Source: Antedon mediterranea (lineage: Eukaryota > Animalia > Echinodermata). Taken from it: a stretch of 64,000 nucleotides of DNA. Both the position numbers and the translations under genes were made by a program. Of the stretch, positions 50,701 to 60,920 are shown one piece after another. Each line of letters opens with the position of its first letter. Position 1 is the stretch's first letter. The notes under the pieces were generated by a model that saw only the letters and a program-made list of their open reading frames with translations, ran no database searches and was not told where the DNA came from. The stretch spans positions 20,903,045-20,967,044 of the forward strand of contig NC_092680.1 in assembly GCF_964355755.1 (NCBI RefSeq), in the 5' to 3' direction.

Positions 50701-53700
50701 ATTGTTATTTTGATGGTATAATGTATGTATCAATTTGCTGTGTACTTGATAGGTGTACCCTGAGAAGAAGAGTCTTAAGTCGCTGAAAAGTTTTAGTTTA
50801 TCTGTAAATTGGTTTGTTTATTTGGTAAGTACTTTTTTTTATTGTTTGGTTTTCATTATCATTACATTTGTAATATTGTTGTTGTAAATTGTTTAGTTAG
50901 CATTGTAATTTGGTTTTAGTAAATTGTTCATGTAGAACGCACCTTCATATCAAAGTGTGCCACTGTTACAAAAGTGTATGTTCAAATAATTATTATTCTT
51001 GTTTCTAAACCAACATATACATGAATATTGGAGCCTGTCCAACAAAGTATAGAGCATAGATGATATCTTTTATATAAAGTTTAATATTATTTATTAAACT
51101 ATTTTTTTACAGGCAGAAAGCAGTCTTCTGCTGTTATCATCTTCTCCTCTTGGTAACATCTTTAATCCATTTCTATTCAAGGTTTGTTGCTAAAGAGTAG
51201 TTTACAGTATGGTAATCCTGAAAAAAAAAGATGAAATCATAGATTTTGCATTTTAGCCTTTATTAGAAAATTTTTGAGAATTTTTTCAGAGTTACGATAC
51301 TTTAATTAGTGGCTATTTTAGTTTTTATTGCTATTATGTTTTATATTTTAATTTTCATTTTTAAATATACTAATGTTTGTCCAGTCTAAAACTTTTGTTT
51401 AGTATGTTAATTTATTTCATACGTTGTGTTTTTACAGCAAGGTGCAAACATAGTAAAGTTGCCCAAGTTTGAAGTGGATCTTCCAGTTATAACCAAGCCA
51501 CCCAAATTATCATTATTAGAGAGAGACGTTTCTATAGGCAATATGTAAGTGATTATATATCATATCTAAGGCTCTGTCCACACTATCAAACTTTATGTGA
51601 CAAAAAAAATGTGATTTTAGTTTTATTTATTTATTTTTATTTATTCAAATTTCTGCCATACACAATACAAAGAAGACAAAACAAGTATAAAAGGCAAGAA
51701 AAGACCAAACAGGTGCCAAACACCTATGTGATGTGATCATATATGGACATGATGATGTCATATCACTACCATATTTGGGCACATCACACTTTTTTTGCCA
51801 AACTAGTTTGATAGACAGAGCTTTACACAGTTTAAATCTAAGAAATGAAATTTACTGTTATTTATACAAGTTATAAATACAGATAGAATATAAAAACTTT
51901 AATTGTAATGCCGTTTACTTATATTTTAGTTATGGTATACTGTACATCATTGTACTGAGACATCAGCCACGAGGACCAGGCAACAAAGGAGCAGAGGTTG
52001 TCCTCTATCAATTACAAAAGTAAGTCTCTTTTTAATACTGAATATCAATCTTTATATCGTTTTAGCTCTGTAATATAAATTTTCTCTGTATACAGTCCAT
52101 GTTTGTTTTATCTAGATTTCAATACAATATCAAAATATTTTATATAATCTTTTAACCTCTGTCTGTGTAATATCACTTAAATATTCATTGATAAATAGAT
52201 AGATAGACATATATACTGTAACCTTCACCATATTGTTTATCATTGCAATAAAAGTGGGTTGCCCCCACAAAAAAGAAAAAAAAAAGTAAGTCTTTTAATA
52301 CTTGATTTTATTTATTTGTTTTACCTGTACAGGCAAGGTTCAATTCAGATCCTTCATCATTGTAATTGTTTAATGTATTTGTAATTTTCTAGGGAATCTC
52401 CCGCAAAGAAGACAGATGTTCTTCGGCTGGATATGAGTGGAAGGTTTGCTGTTAATGTTGTTGTAAGTGTTCTTTTTATAATATTTATGTAGGTAAATCA
52501 AATTTGTCATTCATTTATTTATCTATTTTGGTCTGCGCATATGTATCGTTATTTTTTATTTATTTTTTTCTTTTTATAGGACAACTTAGTGGTTGTACAC
52601 CACCAGGCATCAAAGGTAGGAGTTTTATTTTATGGTTACAAAATATTTTAATCCGATATTAAAAAAACTTATTTGAGTTACATAAGAATAAAGTAACTTC
52701 AAATATGGAACAGGATATCATATTCAATGTTTGGATTGAAATATTATAATGATTATTGTTGATTATTATACAGTAGTACCCCTATTAACAACCAAACAAA
52801 GTTTACCCTTAACAGGGGTTAGTCTTAGTGTTCAAACATATATTTCCTTTGTTTATTTCATCGGAAAATGTCCCTTCTATTAAAGTGTCACAAAAGAGGG
52901 ATTCTAATATATTAAATAGTGATTTATGAACATATTTTAGCAAATAATTGATGATAAATACTAAACATTATTCACTATTTAAATTTGCTTTTTAGACTTC
53001 ATTGATCTTTGACATCAAACTGCCCACACCAGAATGTGATAATTATGTCAACTACCATTACCCTGTGTTAGCCCCTCTACCAATCAAACCATTCACGTTA
53101 CGTGTGGCTGGCGTTCCTACTGCTTCACTACCTGATGCTACTCAAGTCAACTGTGAATTATGTATCCTTACAGTAGAACCTGTGTGGAGACTCCTTTAGC
53201 ACTTGGACAAAGTGTCACAGAAATAGTGGTAGAATAGGGGTTGGTCGTAGTGTTAAATTGTTAAATCATTCCTTTCACAGGAAAGTGTCCTTTTAGTAGG
53301 GTTGTCCCCTGAATAGTAGTGTCTACCCACTGTATCCCAACTTTTTTTCCCAACTCTGTTTTTTTTAAAATAGTACTGCAATCCAAATTTGCCTGCAAAT
53401 ATAAGTAGAACCCCTCCTCAGGCTCCTCTGGGTCAGTATTATTAAGGGGACCAAGAAACAAATGACCCCTCCTCAGGCTCCTCTGGGACAGTATTATTAA
53501 GGGGACCAAGAAACAAATGGCCCCTCCTCAGGCTCCTCTGGGTCAGTATTATTAAGGGGACCAAGAAACAAATGACCCCTCCTCAGGCTCCTCTGGGTCA
53601 GTATTATTAAGGGGACCAAGAAACAAATGACCCCTCCTCAGGCTCCTCTGGGACAGTATTATTAAGGGGACCAAGAAACAAATGACCCCTCCTCAGGCTC

Positions 53701-56700
53701 CTCTGGGACAGTATTATTAAGGGGACCAAGAAACAAATGGCCCCTCCTCAGGCTCCTCTGGGTCAGTATTATTAAGGGGACCAAGAAACAAATGACCCCT
53801 CCTCAGGCTCCTCTGGGACAGTATTATTAAGGGGACCAAGAAACAAATGGCCCCTCCTCAGGCTCCTCTGGGACAGTATTATTAAGGGGACCAAGAAACA
53901 AATGACCCCTCCTCAGGCTCCTCTGGGACAGTATTATTAAGGGGACCAAGAAACAAATGGCCCCTCCTCAGGCTCCTCTGGGTCAGTATTATTAAGGGGA
54001 CCAAGAAACAAATGACCCCTCCTCAGGCTCTTCTGGGTCAGTATTATTAAGGGGACCAAGAAACCAATGAGAGACAGTGTTTTAACACTAAAGCTAACCA
54101 ATATTTAATGGTCACATTCCACTTAAAGATGTATTGTTCCCCTGAAAAAATAATTCTTAACACAATTTTTGTTGAATATGCCATTTTAATGTAACATAAT
54201 ATGTATCCACTTTGACCAAAAATTGGATCAGAAAAAAAAATGTATTTACCTGAAAAAACTGTAGTTTAAAGCAAACAATTATCAAATTGGCTGCCAACCA
54301 ATGGTTTATGATTGAATTTAACCATTTATTTTGTCATTTTGTAAGTGAACAAATTTTTGTTTTCGTTTTTTTACTATGTAAGTGATTAACTTGATTAAAA
54401 CTACAAAATAACTAATTCAAAGTCTGATTTAATTAATCTTCATTTTTCATGTTTTTGGGGGACAATACATCTTTAATAGGGAGTTATACTATACATTTTG
54501 GAGAAAGAGATTACATGATTAAAAACTATCATAGATAAAACTTTTATCTGCTTTTAATTTAAAATTTACATTTCTTAACTGAATACAAGATTCTCCCAAT
54601 TGGGTTGTGTTCCAGCCTAACATAATCATAGATGCTAAGCTAGGCTGTTTATGGCATGTTTGTCTAAAACTTGAACCTCTAGTCACCATGATTCCAGACA
54701 AAGTAAGTCGCTCCTTGTTTTCTACAGTATCAGTAATACAGTATCGTACTTTACAAATCAAAAAGTAACTTTAGTCACAAAATTACATTATTTATTTTTG
54801 GTTGAATGAAAACTAAATTTATTTATAAACGTTGTATATATAAATATGCATTTTCTGTATAGTAATTTTATTACTTATTTTTATATCTTTAGTGCCGCTT
54901 GATTGATTTTCTTCTTCTACGTACTGAATGTAAATCTGTTATTTTGAGAGTCTGTCGACAGGGTAAGTAAAAGGTCAAGTTATTATTTCATGAGGAGTGA
55001 GTGGCCGAGCGGTTAAGACAGTGGAACCGTAATTACGTAGCCATAATATCGCCAAGGGTTCGAGACGCGCTCGCTCCATGGTTCTGATGGTAGAACCAGT
55101 CTTCTCGAATAAGGACTATAAACCGTAGGTCGAGTGTACACATCTGGCTCATTTGCAATTTAAAAAACCTAGTACATCTTTCGAGACGAGTAGGGAGTTA
55201 CCCCGGTGTACTGGTTCACACACAGCCACTGTCACAAACTCTTGCAGAACAGTGTTAGACTGAAGGGGCTATCCAGTATAAAGAATAAATAAATAAAAAA
55301 AAATTGCTGTACAATTCATATTCTGAGGACACATCATCATCATCAGGCATCCTTCAGTCAAAATTGACTATGGAGACAACATTGGAGAGAATTTCATCCG
55401 TTATCCAGTGAGTCTGTGTGAGTTCCAGTAGCTGATCTAGCTTTTCTTTTCAGATACCTCTCTTCACTTTCCATACGATATCTTTCTTCGCTGTGTACAA
55501 GCCCAGCCTTAATACAGTCTTTCCATGATTTTCGGTCATCAGCCTAATAACATACATAATACACATATGAAAAATGATGGACAAAAGCAGCTAATGCAAA
55601 ATACATCGCTGTAACTCAAATGAGCCAGCTACCACTCAACTACAGCGCCAGAGATTGGCTCAATTCCATGCTACTGCTAGGACTAACTCTTTCTTGTCTC
55701 TCAACAGCTCTTGTACCAGGTCAGCAGTGTAACTTGGCAACTATTGCAAGAATATTTGATAAACTCAACCAGGTATACAGGAACTATTTAGAATTGGAAC
55801 AAAATGCTCAGCAGGTAGGTTCGGACATCAACCTTTCTCTCCCCTGTTGGTGCACTCAAATGTGGTTAACCTTACCTGTAGCTAGTTGCTCTCCCTCAAA
55901 TCCCCTCCCCTCCTCTCCTAACCTTTCTCTCCCCTCCCAACATTTTCTCTCCCCTTCTTGAAGCTCACAAGCAAATGTCTGTACACAATTTATCACCCAA
56001 CTTTTTTCAATTGTACCTCATTGTGGTTAACCTGACCTGTAGCTAGTTACTCTTATCCTCTAATATTAACTATTTTTGTAGGCATTTGATGGTAGTGTAT
56101 CTCGTAGTTCCTACAAACGACCCACCAGAGGCCAAGCTGTAATTGATCAGTCAGAAATGTATACACATGTCTTTTCTGTATTTGATGATACGAAGGTAAA
56201 TATTGAGAAATATGTCAACATCTTTAATCAAAATAAAGCATGTTTTAACATGAAAGCCTGAAGTCAGTAAATCAGAAATTACAGTATACTCTAATGCACT
56301 GTACTTAGTGTGTGCCCAAATGTATTTTCAATGTTTTTACTTTCTGTGTTGGAAAAAAGAATGAAATCAAGCCGTCCTATAATATAAAATGATATTTGTA
56401 ACTTGCATACGTATAAAATTATTAATATTCTTGAGAGAAGCTTAAAGGTAGGTAGGTAGGTAGATGCGTTTAAATTAATACCATTATGAATTGATCTGTA
56501 GGATATTAAATACAAGTTTGTTGTTGCTGTACTTGTGGAATACATGAGGTCTTTAAATAACCTGCAAATTCCTGTTCAGGTATGTTATACACAATATTGT
56601 TAGAAACATTGTAGAACATATAAGTGATTATGTTGACCATGTAATATAAGTGATTATGTTGACTATGTAATATAAGTGATTATGTTGACTATGTAATATA

Positions 56701-59544
56701 AGTGATTATGTTGACCATGTAATATAAGTGATTATGTTGACTATGTAATATAAGTGATTATGTTGACCATGTAATATAAGTGATTATGTTGACTATGTAA
56801 TATAAGTGATTATGTTGACCACGCAAAAAAGTCAACACCTAAATCATTCTATTGATCTTAAACTTTTATCTAGTTTTATATTTATTTAATTTTATTTAAT
56901 CTACTTTATTTACTTTTTTCTCAAGTATAGTACTTGCTTTGTTTGCACAATATAGTATCCACAATTTTTTAAGTTATCGTCCTTAATTTTTGGTCGTAAA
57001 TAAGTATATATTTGTTATTATATCACTTGCACTAATGAAGGGCTACTATTGCCCGAGGGCTCTGCTAATTTTTCTGGCTGTTTTGTAGTTTTTTGCTTAT
57101 TTTATTTTGTATCTCCATTGAGATCCAGCCACTGATACCAACAGCATTGTCATTATTTTTTAAGTAATTTGCCTTTGGATGTATATATATATTGTATATC
57201 GATATATTGGTAATGTCGCAATTGCTTATTATCTGTAATAATAAATAGCAGGCTTGCATGTTCTCTTTATTCTGCCTTTCTCTTAAGTGTTTTGCTTAAT
57301 ACTATTTTCTTCTCCAAATTATCTTCTTCAGCATTATCTTTATGAGTTAGTCATCAACACACTTGTGCAGAACAATCGTTTTTATCAGTTACACCAGTTC
57401 TTGCAGTACCATGTGTTAAGTGATTCCAAACCTATAGCATGTTTGCTGTTATCATTGGAAGCCGTCTATCCCCCTGCTTATCAACTAGCCCTTGACATGC
57501 TTAAGGTAACAGTTGTTTTGCTAAAGCGTGGTTCCCACTAGAACGCAATGCAACGTAATGCAGCGACGTATCGACTGAAGGTTGCGTTACGTTGCGTCGC
57601 TAGTGAGAACCATGCTTTACATAAAAGTTATGCATTAAGACATTTGTTTTTATCTAAATAATTTTTGACTGAAATCTACTGTACTCCACACTCCGGAGCG
57701 TTGACACCTTTTTTAAGTGTGTGCCCCAGTGTTGGATCTTCGGAGTTTTGCTAGACAATATAAAGGGGTACTAAAAAACATACAGATTTAAGTGAAAAGA
57801 TTTAAAAGAAAATATATTTTATAAATTGTGGTTTAGTTGTGTTGCATTTGAAGAAATTTAGTGGTTTACAAAATTGTTTGTCAAATATGGGTAATGATTT
57901 ATTGAATTGTGGTTTATCTTAGCATACACTTTGTGTGGTTCCAATGACTCATCATCAGTACTATTTCTCATTCGTCCGTGGTATTTAAAAAAAACCTGAA
58001 AAATAAAGATTATTAAAATCAGACTTTAAATAGGCCATTTTGCAGTTATTTACTTCTTTAAAAAAAAAAGTAATCATTTCATTTATAAAAAGCGAAATTA
58101 AGCGGTTAATTTTAACCAAAAAACATTGTATGACAATTTAAGTATTTGTGGCTTTAAATCACAGTTTTTCAGGTAAATCATTTTTTTTTTCGCCCCAGTT
58201 TTTGGTCAAAGTGAATAACTACTGTATTACGTGCCATTAAAATTGATTTATTTTATTTATTTATTTAACAACATATTTATACAGGATTATACACAATCAA
58301 GTAGAAATATACTTGTTTTACTTTGTGGTCCTGTCGACAAAAACGGATACAAATTTAAATACTTATACAATTAATAATAATAATAATAACAATAAAAAAT
58401 ATAAACTGGAAGTTAAATGTTATGAAAAGAAATAAGATCTGTATCTGCTGGCAAGTCATTCCATATTTTTCCGCCTGCAACTTTAAAAGACGAATCCATT
58501 TTGCTACGGGTATAATGAGGTATAACAATATTTAAATTATCTACTCCACGCGTTGAATGGGTGTGTACATTCCCAATAAAATTCCATATTCAACAAACAA
58601 TTGAAAATTGCATTTAAGCATCAACACACAAGCCTTACAATACTAGTACTGTACTATTTTTTTAATAGAGAGTTACCACTGCAAACGAAGAAATTATCGA
58701 GGTCTTGCTTTCGAAGAACCATTTACTACAAGCAATACGATTTCTACGGACAGTTGGTCTAGTTGAAGGCGCTTCTGCCAGAAAGTTTCTAGAAGCAGCG
58801 TTAAATACAGGGGATAACAGTGTGTTTTACACCGTATTCAAATTCTTCGAACAACGCAACATAAAGATGAGGGGAAATGCAAAATTTATGGCAGGTAACT
58901 TATGAATTTAAAGAGATTTATACATTATCTTATTCTCATAGAGTTATAATAATAGAGAGAAGCCCAACACAGCTCAACAAGTGAGAAAGTATCAATTATT
59001 ACTGCATCAATCAATCAGATACGCCAGTTTGAAGTGCATCACTACGCCTGGGTTGCAGCAGGCAGTGATTTTTTACCATGAACGATCCTCTCCAGTTGTA
59101 ATACTCATATGCGTTTTATGTAGTCGTTAATAAAGAATATATCTTCTTTTTAAACATGTAACATTCATGATTTTTTTTTAATGTATAGCTCTGTCTAAAC
59201 TATCAAACTAGTTTGACCAAAAAGGTGTTATGTGCCCAAATATATGACATTATCTTTTCCAAATATGGGCACGTCACATTTTCTTGTCCCATAAAGTTTG
59301 ATAGTGTAGTTAATTACTGAAAACAATATAGTAGTCCTCTTCTAAAACAAACATTGTATATTTTTTGATAAATACAAATACAACAAAACAATACAAAGGA
59401 TACAATTCTTCGTATTGTAATTTATTTGTAACTTTTTAATAAATGCAATGAACTTTTTTTTTTCTGATAGGTGAACATTGTGAAAAATATGTGAAACAAA
59501 TGGAAGCCATATATGGAATTAAATCAATAGTAGTCAGCAGCTGA
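47775..59544 (+). CDS. RMC1: Regulator of MON1-CCZ1 complex (C18orf8/Mic1), 659 aa, 20 coding exons
   Basis: Exons 47775-47879, 48929-49005, 49207-49291, 49698-49757, 50416-50502, 50753-50824, 51113-51181, 51438-51544, 51930-52019, 52393-52462, 52580-52615, 52996-53161, 54590-54702, 54893-54962, 55708-55814, 56082-56195, 56502-56579, 57332-57505, 58669-58894, 59471-59544; sum 1980 nt. Recognisable motifs VFFDEA.RQVFAVRSGGATGVVVKGPDD, NVVDNLVVVHHQ, LHQFLQYHVLSDSKP.ACLLLSLE, SARKFL, GEHCE. Confidence 0.97.
48127..48644. mobile_element. Harbinger-like MITE (~520 bp) in RMC1 intron 1
   Basis: TIR GGGTGGATTGCTATAA / TTATAGCAATCCGCCC, 3-bp direct repeat CTT, internal inverted repeats (AGACCATTGCTATA / TATAGCAATGGTCT). 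Confidence 0.75.
49320..49480. mobile_element. Harbinger-like MITE family A copy
   Basis: AGCTCTGTCTACACTATCAAAC...GTTTGATAGTGTAGA, 28 nt downstream of the RMC1 exon 3 donor. Confidence 0.75.
49912..50255. mobile_element. Kolobok-like MITE (short subfamily)
   Basis: TTAA-AGATGTATTGTCCCCC ... GGGGGAAAATACATCT-TAA. Confidence 0.75.
51570..51822. mobile_element. Harbinger-like MITE family A copy interrupted by a ~110-bp insertion
   Basis: Both TIRs present. Segment ~51617-51726 begins with (TTTA)n and resembles an antisense retroelement tail. Confidence 0.65.
53411..54070. repeat. Minisatellite, 55 bp x12, inside the U12 intron
   Basis: Unit CCCCTCCTCAGGCTCCTCTGGG(T/A)CAGTATTATTAAGGGGACCAAGAAACAAATG(A/G) at exact 55-bp spacing from 53411 to 54016. 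Confidence 0.97.
54127..54472. mobile_element. Kolobok-like MITE (short subfamily)
   Basis: TTAA-AGATGTATTGTTCCCC ... GGGGGACAATACATCT-TTAA. Confidence 0.8.
54994..55283 (+). mobile_element. tRNA-derived SINE with Deu/Nin-like central domain
   Basis: tRNA-like head 54994-55078 (GGAGTGA...TCGCTCCA stem, A box TGGCCGAGCGG, B box GGTTCGAGAC). Central TAAACCGTAGGTC...TTCGAGACGAGTAGGGAGTTACCCCGGTGTACTGG resembles the DeuSINE domain as recalled. (TAAA)n/A tail. Confidence 0.8.
55331..55550 (-). mobile_element. RTE-clade LINE 3' remnant
   Basis: Minus translation ADDRKSWKDCIKAGLVHSEERYRME resembles the RTE ORF C-terminus (A.DR..W...I..G....E). Ends in a (GAT)n tail. Confidence 0.5.
56618..56821. 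repeat. Minisatellite, 26 bp x8
   Basis: Unit TAATATAAGTGATTATGTTGAC(C/T)ATG; AAGTGATTATG at 56622 and every 26 bp up to 56804. Confidence 0.95.
57525..57616. mobile_element. Harbinger-like MITE family B (~90 bp)
   Basis: TIR AGCGTGGTTCCCACTAG / CTAGTGAGAACCATGCT with TAA/TTA flanks. Related copies at ~45055-45192 and a right end at ~60213-60243. Confidence 0.7.
58245..58575 (-). mobile_element. CR1/L2-group LINE 3' fragment
   Basis: Minus translation VHTHSTRGVDNLNIVIPHYTRSKMDSSFKVAGGKIWNDLP matches H...TR....L..P......SF...G..IWN.LP. (TAAA)n tail. Confidence 0.75.
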
Positions 59545-60310
59545 AAATAAGAAGCCATATGTGGAAGATGAGAGTGAGCATAACGTGAGTATGGTTAAAC
59601 GCCGAAACATCAATCCAGTGTTAGTAAGTAGAGCTGTTCACCTGGGTCATACGGAATCTACAGTTGCAATAGATTTTGAAGTGAATGAAGTTTGTATATA
59701 AAGGACCAAATATCTGTATATGGAAATAAATGGGGTTTTCTCATTCTTAATTGAGTCACTAAAGTTTGTAATCTGATTTGCATACATTTTGCAAATGAGT
59801 CGGAACTGTGTTTTATTCTAAACCTAGTCTGCTTCCTTTAATTTACATAATTGTATATCAAAGAATTCATGTCATATCATACTAAGCTTATGCAATATTC
59901 TCTGTGGTAGGGTGGCCAATTCCATGGTGATTGTAGGCCTACTTATCAGCGACAGGAACTGGGATCTTTATATGTTAGTCAAGTATCCTAATTACTCGAC
60001 TACCGCAATCTCTATTATTACTCGACATAAGTAGATAGTAAATATTATTGTTAATGTTTATCGTATTATATTAATAAATAGATATAATTTGATGTACTAT
60101 ATATTACTGAAGTAAGCCTATAATGCAAGTAATACAGTTGTCTTCAAGATTAAAATAGCCGTACTGCGATTACAACACAACGTATGGATTATTCGCTTGT
60201 CAACTCGCTACAACGTCCTTGCGTCCTAGTGGGAACCAAGCTTAAGAGAGCGTTACTCAAGCCCTGTCGTTTTCCATCAACCATCCCCCCTCCCCCTCGA
60301 CATTTGAATT

Positions 60311-60415
60311 AACAAGGCCAACAGCCATAAGTCGCGTACTAAAACGCATAGTGATACCGGACCGACAGACAGACCGACATAGTAAACTATAGAGTCGCGT
60401 CCACGCGACTAAAAA
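60311..60415. mobile_element. HINE/DINE-1-like element, second copy
   Basis: Near-identical to 22909-23033 with a shorter microsatellite. Confidence 0.7.
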
Positions 60416-60920
60416 TGATCACTATTTCCAAATGACATTTAAAAGAATGAAGAAACATTAGCATTTCACATAGATATTTATTTTAAATTTTGTGTGCCAA
60501 TATTGTACAGCGAATTTATATATTCCTATTATATTATGCCAGATTTAATCGTTAATTTGTCAATAAAAATATAGTAAAACATATTGAAACAATGATGTAA
60601 AATCACTTCATTATATCTTAAATCTCTATACGTGAACAGCCAATTTTCAGCTGACTTTTCCGCCCAACTAAGGAAACCCATCACCCAATTGAAGATAATG
60701 ACAGCGTGTTGAGATTTCGACCATGTTAAACTCCAAATATATCATTAGTTATCAATTAAATTGTTTATTTTTAACCTATCATATAATAAACCTTTCCCAC
60801 TTTAATCTTCAAACGATCCCTTACATTCTAACCGTGTTCACACGGGGTCGTCTAATTTCGAACGAAAGCAATTAGCATCTTTCTGTACAGTCTCCGCTCG
60901 TGTTCACACGACGGAATCGT

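Larger units (their letters stand above)
53162..54589 (+). other. U12-type (minor spliceosome) GT-AG intron of RMC1
   Basis: Donor T|GTATCCTTA, branch site TTTCTTAAC at 54571-54579, acceptor AAG at 54587-54589 with no polypyrimidine tract between. Splicing restores CEL-Y-SPNWVVFQP. Confidence 0.92.

Noticed and set aside
53411-54070. CRISPR array
   Set aside because: Head-to-tail 55-bp units without variable spacers.
54994-55078. Functional tRNA gene
   Set aside because: Acceptor stem and A/B boxes are present, but the T-stem and anticodon stem do not pair and the sequence continues into a SINE body and tail. Similar decayed heads near 15380, 23590 and 50660 were also not called.
59542-59550. 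Selenocysteine or readthrough at the RMC1 TGA
   Set aside because: TGA falls at the expected C-terminus for this family and is followed by AAA TAA. No SECIS-like element was recognised.
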